Below, piece by piece: positions 51,634 to 64,000 of a stretch of 64,000 bases of DNA. Position 1 is the stretch's first letter. Every line of letters begins with the position of its first letter. The position numbers were made by a program, and so were the translations under genes. The notes below the pieces were generated by a model. It worked only from the letters and a program-made list of their open reading frames with translations. It did not search any database and was not told the DNA's origin. The DNA is from Tubulanus polymorphus (taxonomy: Eukaryota > Animalia > Nemertea): positions 248,001 to 312,000 of the forward strand of contig NC_134035.1 of assembly GCF_964204645.1 (NCBI RefSeq). The letters are read 5' to 3'.

Positions 51634-54600
51634 ATGCCGGTGTTTCGCACTAAGATGATGGCATCGATTCTGGACCCTGTTGCCCAGCAGGTAATTCTTT
51701 AAATAAATAGCACAGGCCTATCCGCATCCGTCAATCGCGAAAACCTGATGATAGATTTGTTTCGAATTGATGCATTTTGTGTGTAAAAAACTTCAGCCGA
51801 TTGAAGCATCACCAGAAGTTGTGTAACTTTGAAGCAAAATGTATTCATATCTATAAAAGTGTGGGCAGTATTTTAGATAGAGTTGTGACTCTTGTGTTGA
51901 CTTGTGTATGTTTGTTGTTCCCTCAACTGTCACTGGTATTTGTATTAAACAAAACAGCTTTTGAATTGTAGTTTGACTTTAGTCGTTAGGCTAAGTCAGA
52001 TTTTACCAACGAACCATGAAACTGTTTTATTCGACTCACTCTAAATATGCTTCCCTGTTGTTTGTAAACTATCCTGCACTTTAGGCTATAATACATTTGT
52101 ATTATTGTAGGGGCCTGAAACATAATAAGCCTCGGTCCATCAGACCCAGTTTCATGAAACTGTTTAACTCCTACTACTTGGTCTGGGGTCGATCTTAATT
52201 TAATTTTACGAAATTGGACCTGCTCTAGGTCTGGTTGGATAGATAGGGTTGTTTAAGATAGTAACCTGCCTCAGGTAGTCATATTCACTGTCTATATATA
52301 TCTGGTCAATTGATTGATATATAATGAAGTTTGTGGAGTTTTAAGAGATGAATCACAGAGTTTATATACAACCCTCCACACACATACAGTAGGCCTAACA
52401 GTGTTGAGCTGTTGCTCTATGTATAACAGGCTTTATGTGTGGAGGTAGAGCTGTTCCAAGAGTCTGAGTTATATAAACAACCAATAGAAACAGGTTTTAC
52501 ATTACAACTAATCAGGAGTTGGGGGTTCGATTGAATTGGAATTTAAAATTTATGAATTTAGAATTGGATCTATTTGAGTTTGTCTAATCTGAACAGATGC
52601 TAGGATTCCACTCCTCTGGAGAAGGAGAAGTGCCCTTTGAAAATTCTCTGCACCCCTTGCAACGCAGCAAATGTTAATTCATACATGAACCCTTTCATTA
52701 TTAGATCTAGAAAGCAGTTTAAAGGGTGAGATTTGAGGGGGGAGGGTGAGATTTGAGGGGGGAGGGTGAGATTTGAGGGGGGAGAATCGCTTAGAATCAT
52801 AATTCATTGATTGACTATTGGGAATTTTTTCATCAGTTCAGTCTCTGCTGCTGCTGTCGCTGCTGCTGCTGCTGCTGCCGCCGCCGTCACTGCTGCTGCT
52901 GCTGTTGTTGTGGCTGCCTCTCAATCTTATGAAGTATTTTCTTTTGACGACAAAATTCCGATTTGAATTATATAGATATCATATAGAGAGATGTCATGTG
53001 TGTGTGTTAATGCAATCTGTGTGTAGTGGTTTAATGTGTATCAAGTAGCAAGAGATGACAGTCTCGTCATCTGAAATAGATGAGAGAGAGGAGAGAGAGA
53101 TGAGGAGGATAGAGATTAGAATGAGTAAAGAGTGGGGAGGCAAGGAGAGAGACGAGGAGAGGGAAAGATGAGGACAGAGATGAGGAGTAGAGAGATGAGG
53201 ATGGGTGAGGAAAGAGTAGGAGAGGTGATGACAGAGAAGAGGAGAGGGGGAATGAGGAGTGAAATGAGGAGAAAGATGAAGTGCAATGAGAAGGAGAGAC
53301 AAGAAGAGGAGAAAGATGATGAGAGATAAGGAGAGATGATGATAGAGCATGTTGGGTAAATAGACTGCGTGGTATTCATACAGACAGTAGTCTGTATTAC
53401 TGTTTGTATGAATACAGTTATCTCTTCAGAAGTTTTTGTTGTGGAAACGAAACGTTCACAAACAACTCTTTAATAGAGTTCATCATATAGTTCAAACAGT
53501 TGGTAGATATTGAGAGAGCTCACTCTATAGGATAGTTTACTGGTACTCAGCTTTAGCAGTGCCCTAAAGGGGCTAAATGCTGTTTGCTTATGGCTCTGGT
53601 GTCACTAGACGCCCCATTCAGTTCCAGGGTGACCGAAATATGGCTCATCTATGAATGGCAGCTTCAGTAAACGATCGCTGAAAGTTGAGAGTGAGAGTTT
53701 AATGGTAGTGTATGAATGATGTAATACTAGAAGTGGATGAGTCAGTAATAAATGATTGATGCTGACAATATTTAATGCTTGATCAATGCATTCAATAACT
53801 CTTCATCAAATCATGATCAACTACGTTCCACTCAAGTCAAATCTTAATCTCAAAATTTGTCCATGAGTGATATCTGAGTTAGATGTTACAAAGTAGACTC
53901 CGCTCAAGTCTGATCTTTTGACTTGAGAGTGATATCTGAGTTGGATGATACAGTAGACTCCGCTCAAGTCTGATCTTTTGACTTGAGAGTGATATCTGAG
54001 TTGGATGATACAGTAGACTCCGCTCAAGTAAGACCCGTTTGACTTGAGAGTGATAGGCCTATCTGAAGTCAGGTTAATTTGCTGACTATTGCACAGACTG
54101 TAGCATGTAACATAAATCGCTTATAGTCTAATTGAAAGTGCCATCTGGTGGCAGTACAGTGATCAATAATTAGGCTAATAACGAGATGAATACAGTTTTA
54201 AGTAATTTTCAGTAATTAGTTGTGCATACGTTGTGTTTATGTGTGGTTGAGTATGAGAAGGGTGCAGCATACACAGTCAATGACTGTAGCCATATCTGAT
54301 ACTGCAAACCTGATTAATAAAGACAAAAGAATTCCAGGGATTTAAGCTCAATATCTTTATTGCCCTTGTTATATCTAACTTGAAAGTAAACTCGTCCTCC
54401 GCTATAGGACCTAATGTCGACGGTGATTTATGTTTGAGCGAGTTCCGACAATGGAAAATTAAATCGATATTTCTATTGCTACGGTTATAGGGCTCGGCGT
54501 TGACTGATCTTGAAACGATTCAAACCCTAGAAGAGTATCTACCGTAGTCGCCGCGACTACACTCGACCCATTGACGCCGCGACTAAACTCGACCCGTTGA

Positions 54601-57600
54601 CTTTCTACCGCAGTTCTGTCCTTATATCATCGAGCTCTTTGTTAAACGAATAATTACTGATTATTGGCCTCGATTTAGACGCGATGGATGAGAGAACGTA
54701 ACAAATCCGACAAATCCCTCGGATCAAACGCAACATCGTATTAATACATGTATTATAGTTGTCATCGGCGACGCACGTCTGCCGTTAGAGCTGCTTAACT
54801 ACAACCGTTAGAAAACAGCTAGAATGATCATTTGTATTCTCCGATGATTTGGACCGGCGAGAGTCGCGTCACTTGTGCGAATAATTCGTTGTGTTTTTTG
54901 TCAATGTAGTTTATACTGTGTTAGCATCGACAATTAGATTTCACTCAATATGTCTGCGATGATATAGGCCTAAATATGACAATATTCATTAGTCAAGGGC
55001 CGTGATGGGCAAACTTTGTCTGGATAGCAAACACATGAAAAGGGCGTATGTACTGAGAAAGACCTAGTATCCAGTGTGACTGGATGAATCGCAATTTCAC
55101 GGGATTTGAGTGACCTCATTTTAAAAAGAATATAAGCGTCTTAGGTAACAGACTGCTACTAAGGATGGAAAATTGGCTTTGTTTTTTTCAGACAGGCAAA
55201 GTGTGAGGGTACCCGATGCTCCCTGTGCTCCTATCCTATGATGTAATCTGGTGGGAGAGTGATGGTGGGGGTGAAAGATTGGTATACACTGTTTAGTATT
55301 GCGTAACACGTAGTTCCACCCTGCTGTCTGTGTTTAGAATGGCGTTACACGTAATTCCACCCCCCTGCTACTGGTAACTCTCATAAAACTGATTGGATAT
55401 TTTTAAGAGACAGGAGACAGAGGGAATGAGAGATGTATTAAGTTGATTGGACTGGGTCTTTTAGCTATACCTCTAGATACGGTGTAGTGATGCTGTTCAG
55501 TAGATTGGACCGGGTGTTTTACCTCTGGATACAGTGTAGTGATGCTGTTCAGTAGATCGGACCTGGTGTTTTACCTCTGGATACAGTGTAGTGATGCTGT
55601 TCAGTAGATTGGACCTGGTATTTTACCTCGAGATACGGCGTAGTGATGCTGTTCAGTAGATTGGACCGGGTGTTTTACCTCGAGATACGGCGTAGTGATA
55701 CTGTTGAATGATTTATATACAGTATGTCATCGTTTAGGGTTTCGTTGATGGTTTTTCTTGGTTGCGATTGTCTTGATGACGTTGTGCGTGTGTTATAACG
55801 ATTGAGGCTGGTATCATTAACAGTGTGCTGCTAGTGCACCGTTATTACCTAAATGTCACTGGCAATTCTCTCTCTCTCAGTGTCCGGCTACTTGTGTTCT
55901 ATACAGTCTCTACAGGGAACGGTTCATAAAAACGCTACAATTATGATTAGACCCTTCTTTCTAATGATGGGCTTTGTATATTGCGATCGTTTGTGTGAAA
56001 GTCTGAAGTTTATTTCGTGATATTTCGGAGAGCGATAGTTCAACCATTTGTCAACGACGTGGATTTTTAAATAAAATTAGTGAAATGTTGTCGAGCTCAA
56101 TAATTTCAGTAATAAGTAGGTAGTTAGTGGATTGTAAACATTAGATAACGATTAGTGAAATATTTCCTCTCTCTCGCTCGCTCATTAAACATATAAAAGC
56201 TGCTGCTGACAATGTTTCGACTCTAATTGGATTTAATAATTCTACTGTCGCCGTGTCAGTCGTATATATATAATACATCCCTCTACGGGACGAGAAGAGT
56301 GAGGATGAGAGAGGAGGAGACTGATGAGTGAAATTGATCTGTAGGTCCAAGAGGGAGAGAATGAGCCCGACGACGCGACGCGCCGCGCTCGCGCTCAGTG
56401 TAGTGATTATGATATGTTTAATTAGTATTTGTCGTTAGTTAGTCGTATTGATGATGAACGGATCTGTTGCAGCCGGGATTCTGCTGTAGAGATAAACGTT
56501 GGATCGGGTGCAGGATCGTTCGCCGGATCGTTCACTGGACATGTCGGGAATCGCGATAAGCAACAGTTGTTAGGGTTGTATTATTATTGAAATGTGATGG
56601 ACCCGGCGACGCAGGAATCGTAGTTTCACCGATATCGTGTTGTTCTCACCTATATTTATTCGTGTAGATAGAAAATGTCAGTGAAAGTTTTTTTCTGATC
56701 GGAGGAAAATGCGTGAATTAATTCAATCACAATTTATTCTTGAGAGAATTTTACTTATTGATAGTAAGGTAAGGGTGACAATCTGCGAGTCTCATTCTAC
56801 TGTTCAGTTGCAGTCAATTGCTGATTTTTTAAAGATTTTCGTTCTATGCCAAAAGCTTAACACCATAATTTGAGACGCTCATTTTGGTTCTATAACCAAT
56901 CTGACTTAACTTTAGAAGATCAAAAGTTATTAGGGTTGAGACCATTTTGTGACTTCATTTTTTATGAATGATTTATTTACTTATATCGAATGCAGCCTCT
57001 ATAATCTATGTATCTGTTTTTATCTATTGTAGGTTTCACAATTGGTGATTCTTCACGAAGAAGCTGAAGATGGAAACGCTATTCCAGATTTATCTAGTCC
57101 TGTCGCGCTGGTCGCTACAGCAGTTGATAATCTTATCAAGGTACGAACAACAGTCAGTCGCGACATCCAGGGGCCAGTTTCACAGTTGTGACTTAAGTCC
57201 AATAGTGGTCTTAAATCTTAAGACTGCTCTTAAGTTGATAGATTGGATATAGAACCAAGTTGGTCTTAGACTGGTTTTAAGTCTAAGCCATGACTATGCA
57301 ACCGGCCCCTGGTATCTCCAGTCAGATGCTGGTACTTTAACTCTACTAGGGTTTGGGTGTCGTAATGATTTAAGTTATTGAGTATTGATCTCGAACCTGA
57401 TGCAGATCGGGACCTGTATTTGTTTTAAACCGAATGTTGGAAACTCTGTGGGTATGTGTCAGCTGAGATGAGAATTAGAATTGATTGCAAATATAGTTTG
57501 AGTAAGAATCAGTAGATATGGAGGTGGTATTTGAAAGATGCAATAAAACATTGATTTTATGCTGAAAATTCCAGTTGGTCGGAGAGGGTGGTGGGGAGGA

Positions 57601-60600
57601 GGGGGGAGAGGGGGGTTTCTCCTCGCAGGAATTTCTTATCGGTAAATGATATATGTGTTTTACTGTAGCTATGCTCTACGAGGGGTATCGGCGTGTGAGG
57701 GGAATAATTATCCGCTTTTCTACGACTGGGATTCATAAATATTTCAATATATTACCATATTTTACGCTGGCGTCAGTTTGCGATAATCTGCTGCAGTCAG
57801 TTCCACAAAAAGTGAATTAGTGAAGAAATTAGATCCATTTCAGATTTACCACAACTGCACCTTCTCAAATATTGTGAGGAACTTGTCTTACCCCTTGCCT
57901 GTCAACGTCTTACCCGCTGCCCGTCAACGTCTTACCCGCTGCCCGTCAATGTCTTATTCATCGGGGTCTAGTTGTGTAGTGCAAAGAATCGGCCCAGTGC
58001 GATACCTAGCCGCGGAACTAGGCACTTAAGATTTTGTTTCAGCGACATGACATTGAAGATGACCTCATAACTGAGAAATGGGCTCAAAATTTAAAAAGTT
58101 GCCTAAACAAAATCTACCTATTGGCCCTAAGTAAAACTCTAAAATGCAATGGGCGATTAATGGATGGTAATTTCAGAGTCTGATCCTGTGAATTGTTGTC
58201 ATCTGTTGTTTATAGGTTGTTAAAGAAACGACGATTCAAAGTAAAGATGAGATTCTCAAACAGGATATGCCTCCAGCGATGATACGTGTCGAACAATCCA
58301 CTACGCTATTAATCGAGGCTACAAACATGTTGAAAGCCGATCCTATCTCGGTTCCAGCTCGGAAAAAACTCATCGATGGTTCAAGGGGTAAGTTGTGTCA
58401 GTTCGGGGGTCAAGGTGGGTCAGGGGTAGGGTATAGGCTACAAGGGGTAAGTTGTGAGAGTTTAGGGGGTTAAGATTGGTGAGGGGTAGGGTATACAAGG
58501 GGTAAGTTGTGAGAGTTAAGGGGGTTAAGATGGGTCAGGGGTAGGGTATAGGCTACAAGGGGTAAGTTGTGAGAGTTAAGGGGGTTAAGATGGGTGAGGG
58601 GTAGGGTATACAAGGGGTAAGTTGTGTCAGTTCGGAGGGTCATGGTGGATGAGGGGTAGGGTATACAAGGGGTAAGTTGTGAGAGTTAAGGGGGTTAAGA
58701 TGGGTCAGGGGTAGGGTATAGGCTACAAGGGGTAAGTTGTGAGAGTTAAGGGGGTTAAGATGGGTGAGGGGTAGGGTATACGAGGGATAAGTTGTGTCAG
58801 TTCGGAGGGTCATGGTGGATGAGGGGTAGGGTATACAAGGGGTAAGTTGTGAGTAAGAGTTCAGGGAGGTCAAGTCAGTTTGTTTATTAGTAGGTTAGTA
58901 TGGTATACAGTTAGGGGGATTGTAAGTAATTGCTGCATTGTTTTACTTTTCCCAACACAATCACTTATTATTTATTGCCTTAATCTAATACAAATGATCC
59001 ACCCGACCCGTGCATCCTCCTTATTTGTTTCTGTTTATGTATTTTTTGTTTATTGTACTATTAATACGTATATAGGTAGGTAACCTCCACCTGATACGTA
59101 TCTGAACCCATTTCATAGCCAACAATGTTTAAACTGACTGATATTATAGTCTATGGAGCTAGTCGACTGTGGGACCCACTCTTACCCACAGTGATATAAC
59201 ACCGGGGATCGAACCCCGGTCTCGTACGTAGAAAACAACCATGCTTAACCAGTAGACCAATAGAACTAGTCCGTGGTCACTGGTTTTATAGTTACATCGA
59301 GTAACTTCAATACAGTTACAGTGTGTATTTTCTGTATAGGATAAACACTGCTGAGTAATGCGTAGAGTTTAGTTTGAAGATGTTCTCTCTCTCCTGATCT
59401 TCCTTCTGTAGTCTACGCTAAATATAACTCATCACAACAAAACAACAAAACTAAATGAACTAAATGTTTTAACAAAAAGAACGACGGGTCTGAGATAATG
59501 TCAGGGGGTGATTATTATGATCGCTGATAGGGATAGGTAGAGGGGTAAGGGAAGGGTGTAGGGTGGAGGGGGTTATGATTAGAGAGGTCTGGTTATACTG
59601 GATGATGTGTTACCATGGTAGCGACATCGGTATCTCCACTCACACATTATAAACATATATTCCTGCGTCTGCCATGTCTGAGATCGGGGTCCGCGTCAAT
59701 CCTAGAAAAGCCTCATTAATTAAAAACAGAAATAACCGTTTGGCCTCAAAAACCTCTTGAAAACAAACCACCTATCTATTCCTGCACGGTTAGATGTAAT
59801 TTGTCCGAATATTATTTCAGGTATTTTACAAGGAACATCAGCTTTACTGTTAGCTTACGACGAATCGGAAGTTCGTAAGATTATTAAAGTTTGTAAAGGA
59901 GTTCTGGAATATTTAGCGGTAAATGAAGTAATCGATTCTATGGAGGATCTACTCACTTACGTAAAGGTATGTTGTAACAGTAGATCACGATGTGAACTAT
60001 GTCCCAGAAAAACAAGGCCCAAACATTGTTTGTAGCGAGTCTACTATCTGTTATGTAGTGCTACTTTTTGGAAAACATTTGTTAAGGCCTTGGACCCAGA
60101 GCCACAGTTGTAAGTTAAGATTTGACTCCGAGTTAACTCATCGAAAACAAACTAATCTTAACTCAAGAGTTAAATCTAACTCACAACTGTGGAACCGGAT
60201 CGTGATGATGTACTTACTTACTGCCAGGCACACGTCACTTCTGGGCACTAATGATGTTCTAGTTCTAATAAGTAATTTGCTCATAGGTTATTTTTATCGT
60301 TTAATAAATTATAATGAGCAGTTAGAATATCCTTCATGGGTGCAATTCACTTGAATTTTAAAAAGTGCTACTTTTACCGCACCAAAAGTGCTCACTTTTG
60401 CTTACTGCCTGTGAACCGTGCCACACAGCCCATTGAAAGTCTCCATGAACTGCAGCTATAAAGAAATTACTGTTTGCTTTATTTTTTGTTTTGTAGAATT
60501 TGACTCCAGGGTTGACGGCTATGGCTCGTCAAATTGACGCCAGACAGAATGAATTGACGCATCAGGTTCACAGAGATATGTTGATACGATCTCTAGAAAT

Positions 60601-63600
60601 AGTTAAACAAACAACACCAACTTTAATCAGTAGTATTAAAATATACATCTCTACAAAACAACAAGGTACGTGTCTCTGGTTTGGGGTGGGGGGGGGAGTG
60701 CACTCAGACCTAACTCTTTGAGTTCTAAACTCACTGTTCTATGGCTGGGAAAACCCTGACCCATCTTCGTGAGTTCTTAACTCGCTGGCTGGGGGAGTCG
60801 CTCACCGATCTTCGTGAATTTGAAGCTCACTGCTGGGGGAGATTTGGATCCATCTACGATATGAGTTGTAACGTGTATGTTATAGGTGGAAGTGGATTGT
60901 ATGATTGTATCTAATTTGTTTAAGTGGATTGTATGTTACAGGTGGAAGAGGATTGGCCGACAGTCAAGAGAATCGTAATTATCTCGCTAGTAAAATGTCT
61001 AGTGAGATTCAGGAGATAATTAGGGTTTTACAGTTAACGACGTATGATGAAGAAGAATGGGACGGAGATGATGTATTAGTGATGACTAAAGCTAAGGTAA
61101 ATAATGCCGTCCTAATTTACTCCTGGTACTCCCACGATACTACTTCCAGCGCTTTGGTCCCTCAAAACGTTCAAATTCCAAAATCCCTTTTTCAGGGTAC
61201 AAAAATCCTCAAATTTTGGGGCCAATTGCCTAAAAGTTGGAGTTAACAAGTGAATAGTTGACATAGTGACAATTAAAAGTTCATGGTTAATATGGTATTT
61301 ATCAGCCGGTTATCTTTAACCAACTTTTAAGCAACTGCAGCCTGAATTTTAGCACTTTGGCTCCTCAAATTCTGAAGAATGTGCCTTTGAAAGTTTAATG
61401 TCACACATTAGAAGATGATAATGTATTTTATTAACAGGTACCTATTGAAATACAAATCACAGACTTTTCTCAGCAATGAAATGTAATAATTGTAATTAGT
61501 AATATTAAGAGTTGTTTAATTACAGTACAGCATCGATTATAAATTCCCGGCCGCGATGAACTGGTTGCAGGATCCGGAAGCGGTCGCCGGGTCGAGCGCC
61601 GAGAAATCGTTACGACAAATCGTAGCTGAAGCTCGACGTATCGCGGATATCTGCGTTTTACCCGAGGATCGAGACGTTTTAATGAAAGCATGCGGTGATA
61701 TAACGACGATGGCGAATACGCTGGCTGAACTCAGATATCAAGGAAAGGTAACTGTTTAACTGCATGTTCAGGAAAAAAAACAATTCATTGAATCGATGTG
61801 GGATTGTTATATGCACCAATAATGTTTTCTCTGACCAAACATGCTACAGTATATTACACATTGTATCTACAGGAATCATAACCAAATTCTATTAATCACC
61901 CCCCGATGTAAAACACCCCTAATGTAAAACACCCCTAATATAAACACCCCTAATGTTAGCCCACTGAAACTTAGGAGGAATTCTTTGATCAACGCAAGTT
62001 TGCTTTCCTTAATTCATTTTCACTTCAGCAATCCTAAATAATTCTACATTTTCAGAGGCATCAAATAATGTATACATAGGAAGTTTTCTTATCAATTGCA
62101 TTGATTGTTGTTTTATTTAGGGAAGCAGTCCTCAGGCGATGGCGGTAGCGAAATCAATCAGTGAAAAACTGAAAGAATTACAAGCGGCGTCTGCCCGAGC
62201 CGTTTCCAATACGGAGAAGACCGGTATCGCTCGACCGGCCAATACCGTATCGGGAAAAATCGAACAAGCGCAACGTTGGTTAACGAATCCACACATGGAT
62301 GACGGAGGTGTCGGTAGGTACCATAGTAACAACACATTGTTACATTATTGTAGATTTTAGGTGTCTTTCGTTCAGTTGTAAATCTCGATTTGACGATTTC
62401 ATCATATTTCAGTTGTAAATTTCTTCTCGAATTTTTGCACCTTTTACGACGTTTTTCATTTAAATGAAACCGTAGAAAACTTTTAGAACGCGGTCGACTC
62501 TGCTCAGAACTAATAAAATAACCATTTAACTCGGAGATCACTATTGAACTTGAAATGTTTTTGGTGCAAATCAGAAATCGCTCCCAACTCTGACAATAAA
62601 GATTTCCAATTTGAGCGGAGTCTACTGTTATGAAATTTGTTTCCATAGATTTTACTTTTGAAACTGGTTAAATAATTTTCAGCGGCCACAGAACGTGTCG
62701 ACTATGTCACCACTATACTTCCCGCTCAGAAGTATCATCTGATTGGTCTAGAAGGTTGGTCACCTGTTCAGCGGCAGCCAATCACTAACAGTTATTCTCA
62801 GTTTGAGACTGGGGGGGATTATTATCTATGAATGTTACTTTCAGGTTCGCCTCAGTTCAGTCCCCTCTCTTTATTCTTTCAGCATGTTTCCAGCCTATTC
62901 TGACATTGTTTGATATCGTTCACTGTTATTTCGCTGCTTTTTAAATCAGTTTTTAGTTTGTTGTTGTTTTTACTCGCGGTGAATGAAATGAATCTCGCAG
63001 CTTCTGTTCCTCTCCGCATGAAATATCATCAGTTTGATTTTGCCCGGTTCCGATAGCTGTCGGTCGAGTTTGACTCTAGACATCAGGACCCAGTTCCACA
63101 AATCCGAGTTAAGATTTGACTCTGAGTTAACTCATCGAAAATGAACTAACTTTAACTCAAAGTTAACTCAATCTCACAACTGTGGAACCGGAGCCAGGGG
63201 CTGCAGTTGCTGAAAAGTTGGTTAAAGATAACCGCCGGATAAATACCGTAGTAACAATAGAATTTTAATCGTCACTATGTCAACTATCCCCTGGGCAACT
63301 CTAACCAACTTTTGAGCAACTGCAGTCCTGATTAGTTCATTATTTTCCAATGCTTTTCAACTGCAGAGTCAAATTTGAATCGCGAACTATCGAACTCTGT
63401 GCTTCATGCGCAAGTTGGTAAAGAAAGAATTTTTCCCTTTGCGGCTTTGAAGTCGTGTGTATATGGGAGCGGGTTGCGGTTAGTTCAGGACGGTAGTTCT
63501 AAAACTAGAGGGGGTTCGTAAACTCCTTATTGATTTAACATTAACTGAATTGATGAAGATTTTACCTTATCGAATGAAAATTGAAGTGAAATTGGTGCAA

Positions 63601-64000
63601 TCCAAACATCTCGTGGTTAGAAAGATCTTTAAGTTATGAAGGACCCTAGGGTTTGGGGTTATGGGTAAAAATTTAAGCTACGCATCTGTAAATATGAAAA
63701 AATTTGAATTTGATATATAGGTGTATATTGTTGTATTGTTGCTAGGTGAACAAGCGGCGCGAATGGTCGTAATCGAAGGACGTAAATTAGCCGATCGTAT
63801 GCAGCACGGGGCGCAAAAACAAGCTTTATTAGAATACTGCGACGGAGTAGAGCGATTAACCAATCAGCTGTCGGAATTGTGTCGTCGCGGTCTCGCTAAC
63901 ACTCCCGACGCTCGTAATATCGCTATGGAATTATCGCAGAAACTACAGGGTTTAAAACTTAACATTCAAGACTCGTTGATTAATAAAGTCGGCGATGACT
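51634..64000 (+). CDS. VCL: Vinculin, 5' portion (continues beyond the window)
   Basis: [39 protein letters not shown]..., [41 protein letters not shown]. Exons 51634-51690, 57033-57140, 58216-58387, 59821-59966, 60497-60665, 60942-61096, 61526-61747, 62121-62313 and 63746->64000 are all phase-consistent. Confidence 0.95.
53865..54055. repeat. 60-bp satellite family, ~3 copies, in vinculin intron 1
   Basis: Same unit as 5620-6630. Confidence 0.88.
55467..55705. repeat. ~53-bp minisatellite, ~4.5 copies
   Basis: TACCTC...GATACRGYGTAGTGATGCTGTTCAGTAGATTGGACCKGGTGTTT units. Confidence 0.88.
56709..56768 (+). CDS. Candidate alternative first coding exon of vinculin ([20 protein letters not shown])
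   Basis: ATG in an AAAATG context, 20 codons, then a consensus donor AAG|GTAAGG in phase 0, matching the phase-0 acceptor at 57033. CpG-rich promoter-like patch at ~56365-56400. Confidence 0.45.
57170..57308. mobile_element. MITE family B copy
   Basis: Nearly identical to 17760-17897. Confidence 0.8.
58382..58852. repeat. G-rich ~54-60-bp minisatellite starting at the vinculin exon 3 donor, ~8 copies
   Basis: Units begin CAAGGG|GTAAGTTGTG. Confidence 0.9.
59195..59266 (-). mobile_element. tRNA-derived SINE head or pseudo-tRNA
   Basis: The minus strand has an A-box TGGTCTACTGG and a B-box/T-arm CCGGGGTTCGATCCCCGG at tRNA spacing, but no acceptor-stem pairing. Confidence 0.45.
63086..63330. 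mobile_element. Two adjacent MITEs: family A (63086-63193) and family C (63197-63327)
   Basis: Family C has TIRs CTGCAGTTGCT...AGCAACTGCAG, with related copies at ~22995-23120 and ~61225-61342. Confidence 0.78.

Noticed and set aside
59195-59266. Functional tRNA gene
   Set aside because: A and B boxes are present, but the acceptor and anticodon stems do not pair. Treated as a SINE head or pseudo-tRNA.
51634-64000. Alpha-catenin as an alternative identity
   Set aside because: The MPVF...ILDPVAQQ start, the [12 protein letters not shown] motif and the repeated WL-x-D/NP domains are vinculin-specific.

Overview
Eukaryotic DNA: an AT-rich, intron-containing invertebrate animal genome, probably a spiralian/lophotrochozoan (inference from the protein sequences and compact GT-AG introns). 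Four + strand multi-exon genes were reconstructed by hand with phase-consistent splice sites. (1) NCKAP1/Nap1/Hem of the WAVE complex, 29 coding exons, 1661-12526, ~1124 aa. (2) A BCL9/Legless gene (HD1, HD2 and HD3 all recognisable) whose upstream exons splice in frame and encode a CECR2/RSF1-type DDT-WHIM1-WHIM2/3 ISWI-binding module, ~22798-35593, ~1958 aa, with an internal 23x Gly-X-Y nonapeptide repeat. (3) RPL15 with a TCT/TOP start, 48875-50477, 204 aa. (4) The 5' part of vinculin, 51634 to the window end, with a candidate alternative first exon. Introns are full of minisatellites and small MITEs. The 38.6-48.4 kb intergenic region is a nested foldback (long inverted repeat) structure with no visible transposase. 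The best candidate for an undescribed system is the DDT/WHIM-BCL9 fusion, which would link an ISWI chromatin remodeller directly to the beta-catenin/Pygopus complex. All homology calls are from recalled motifs; no searches were run.
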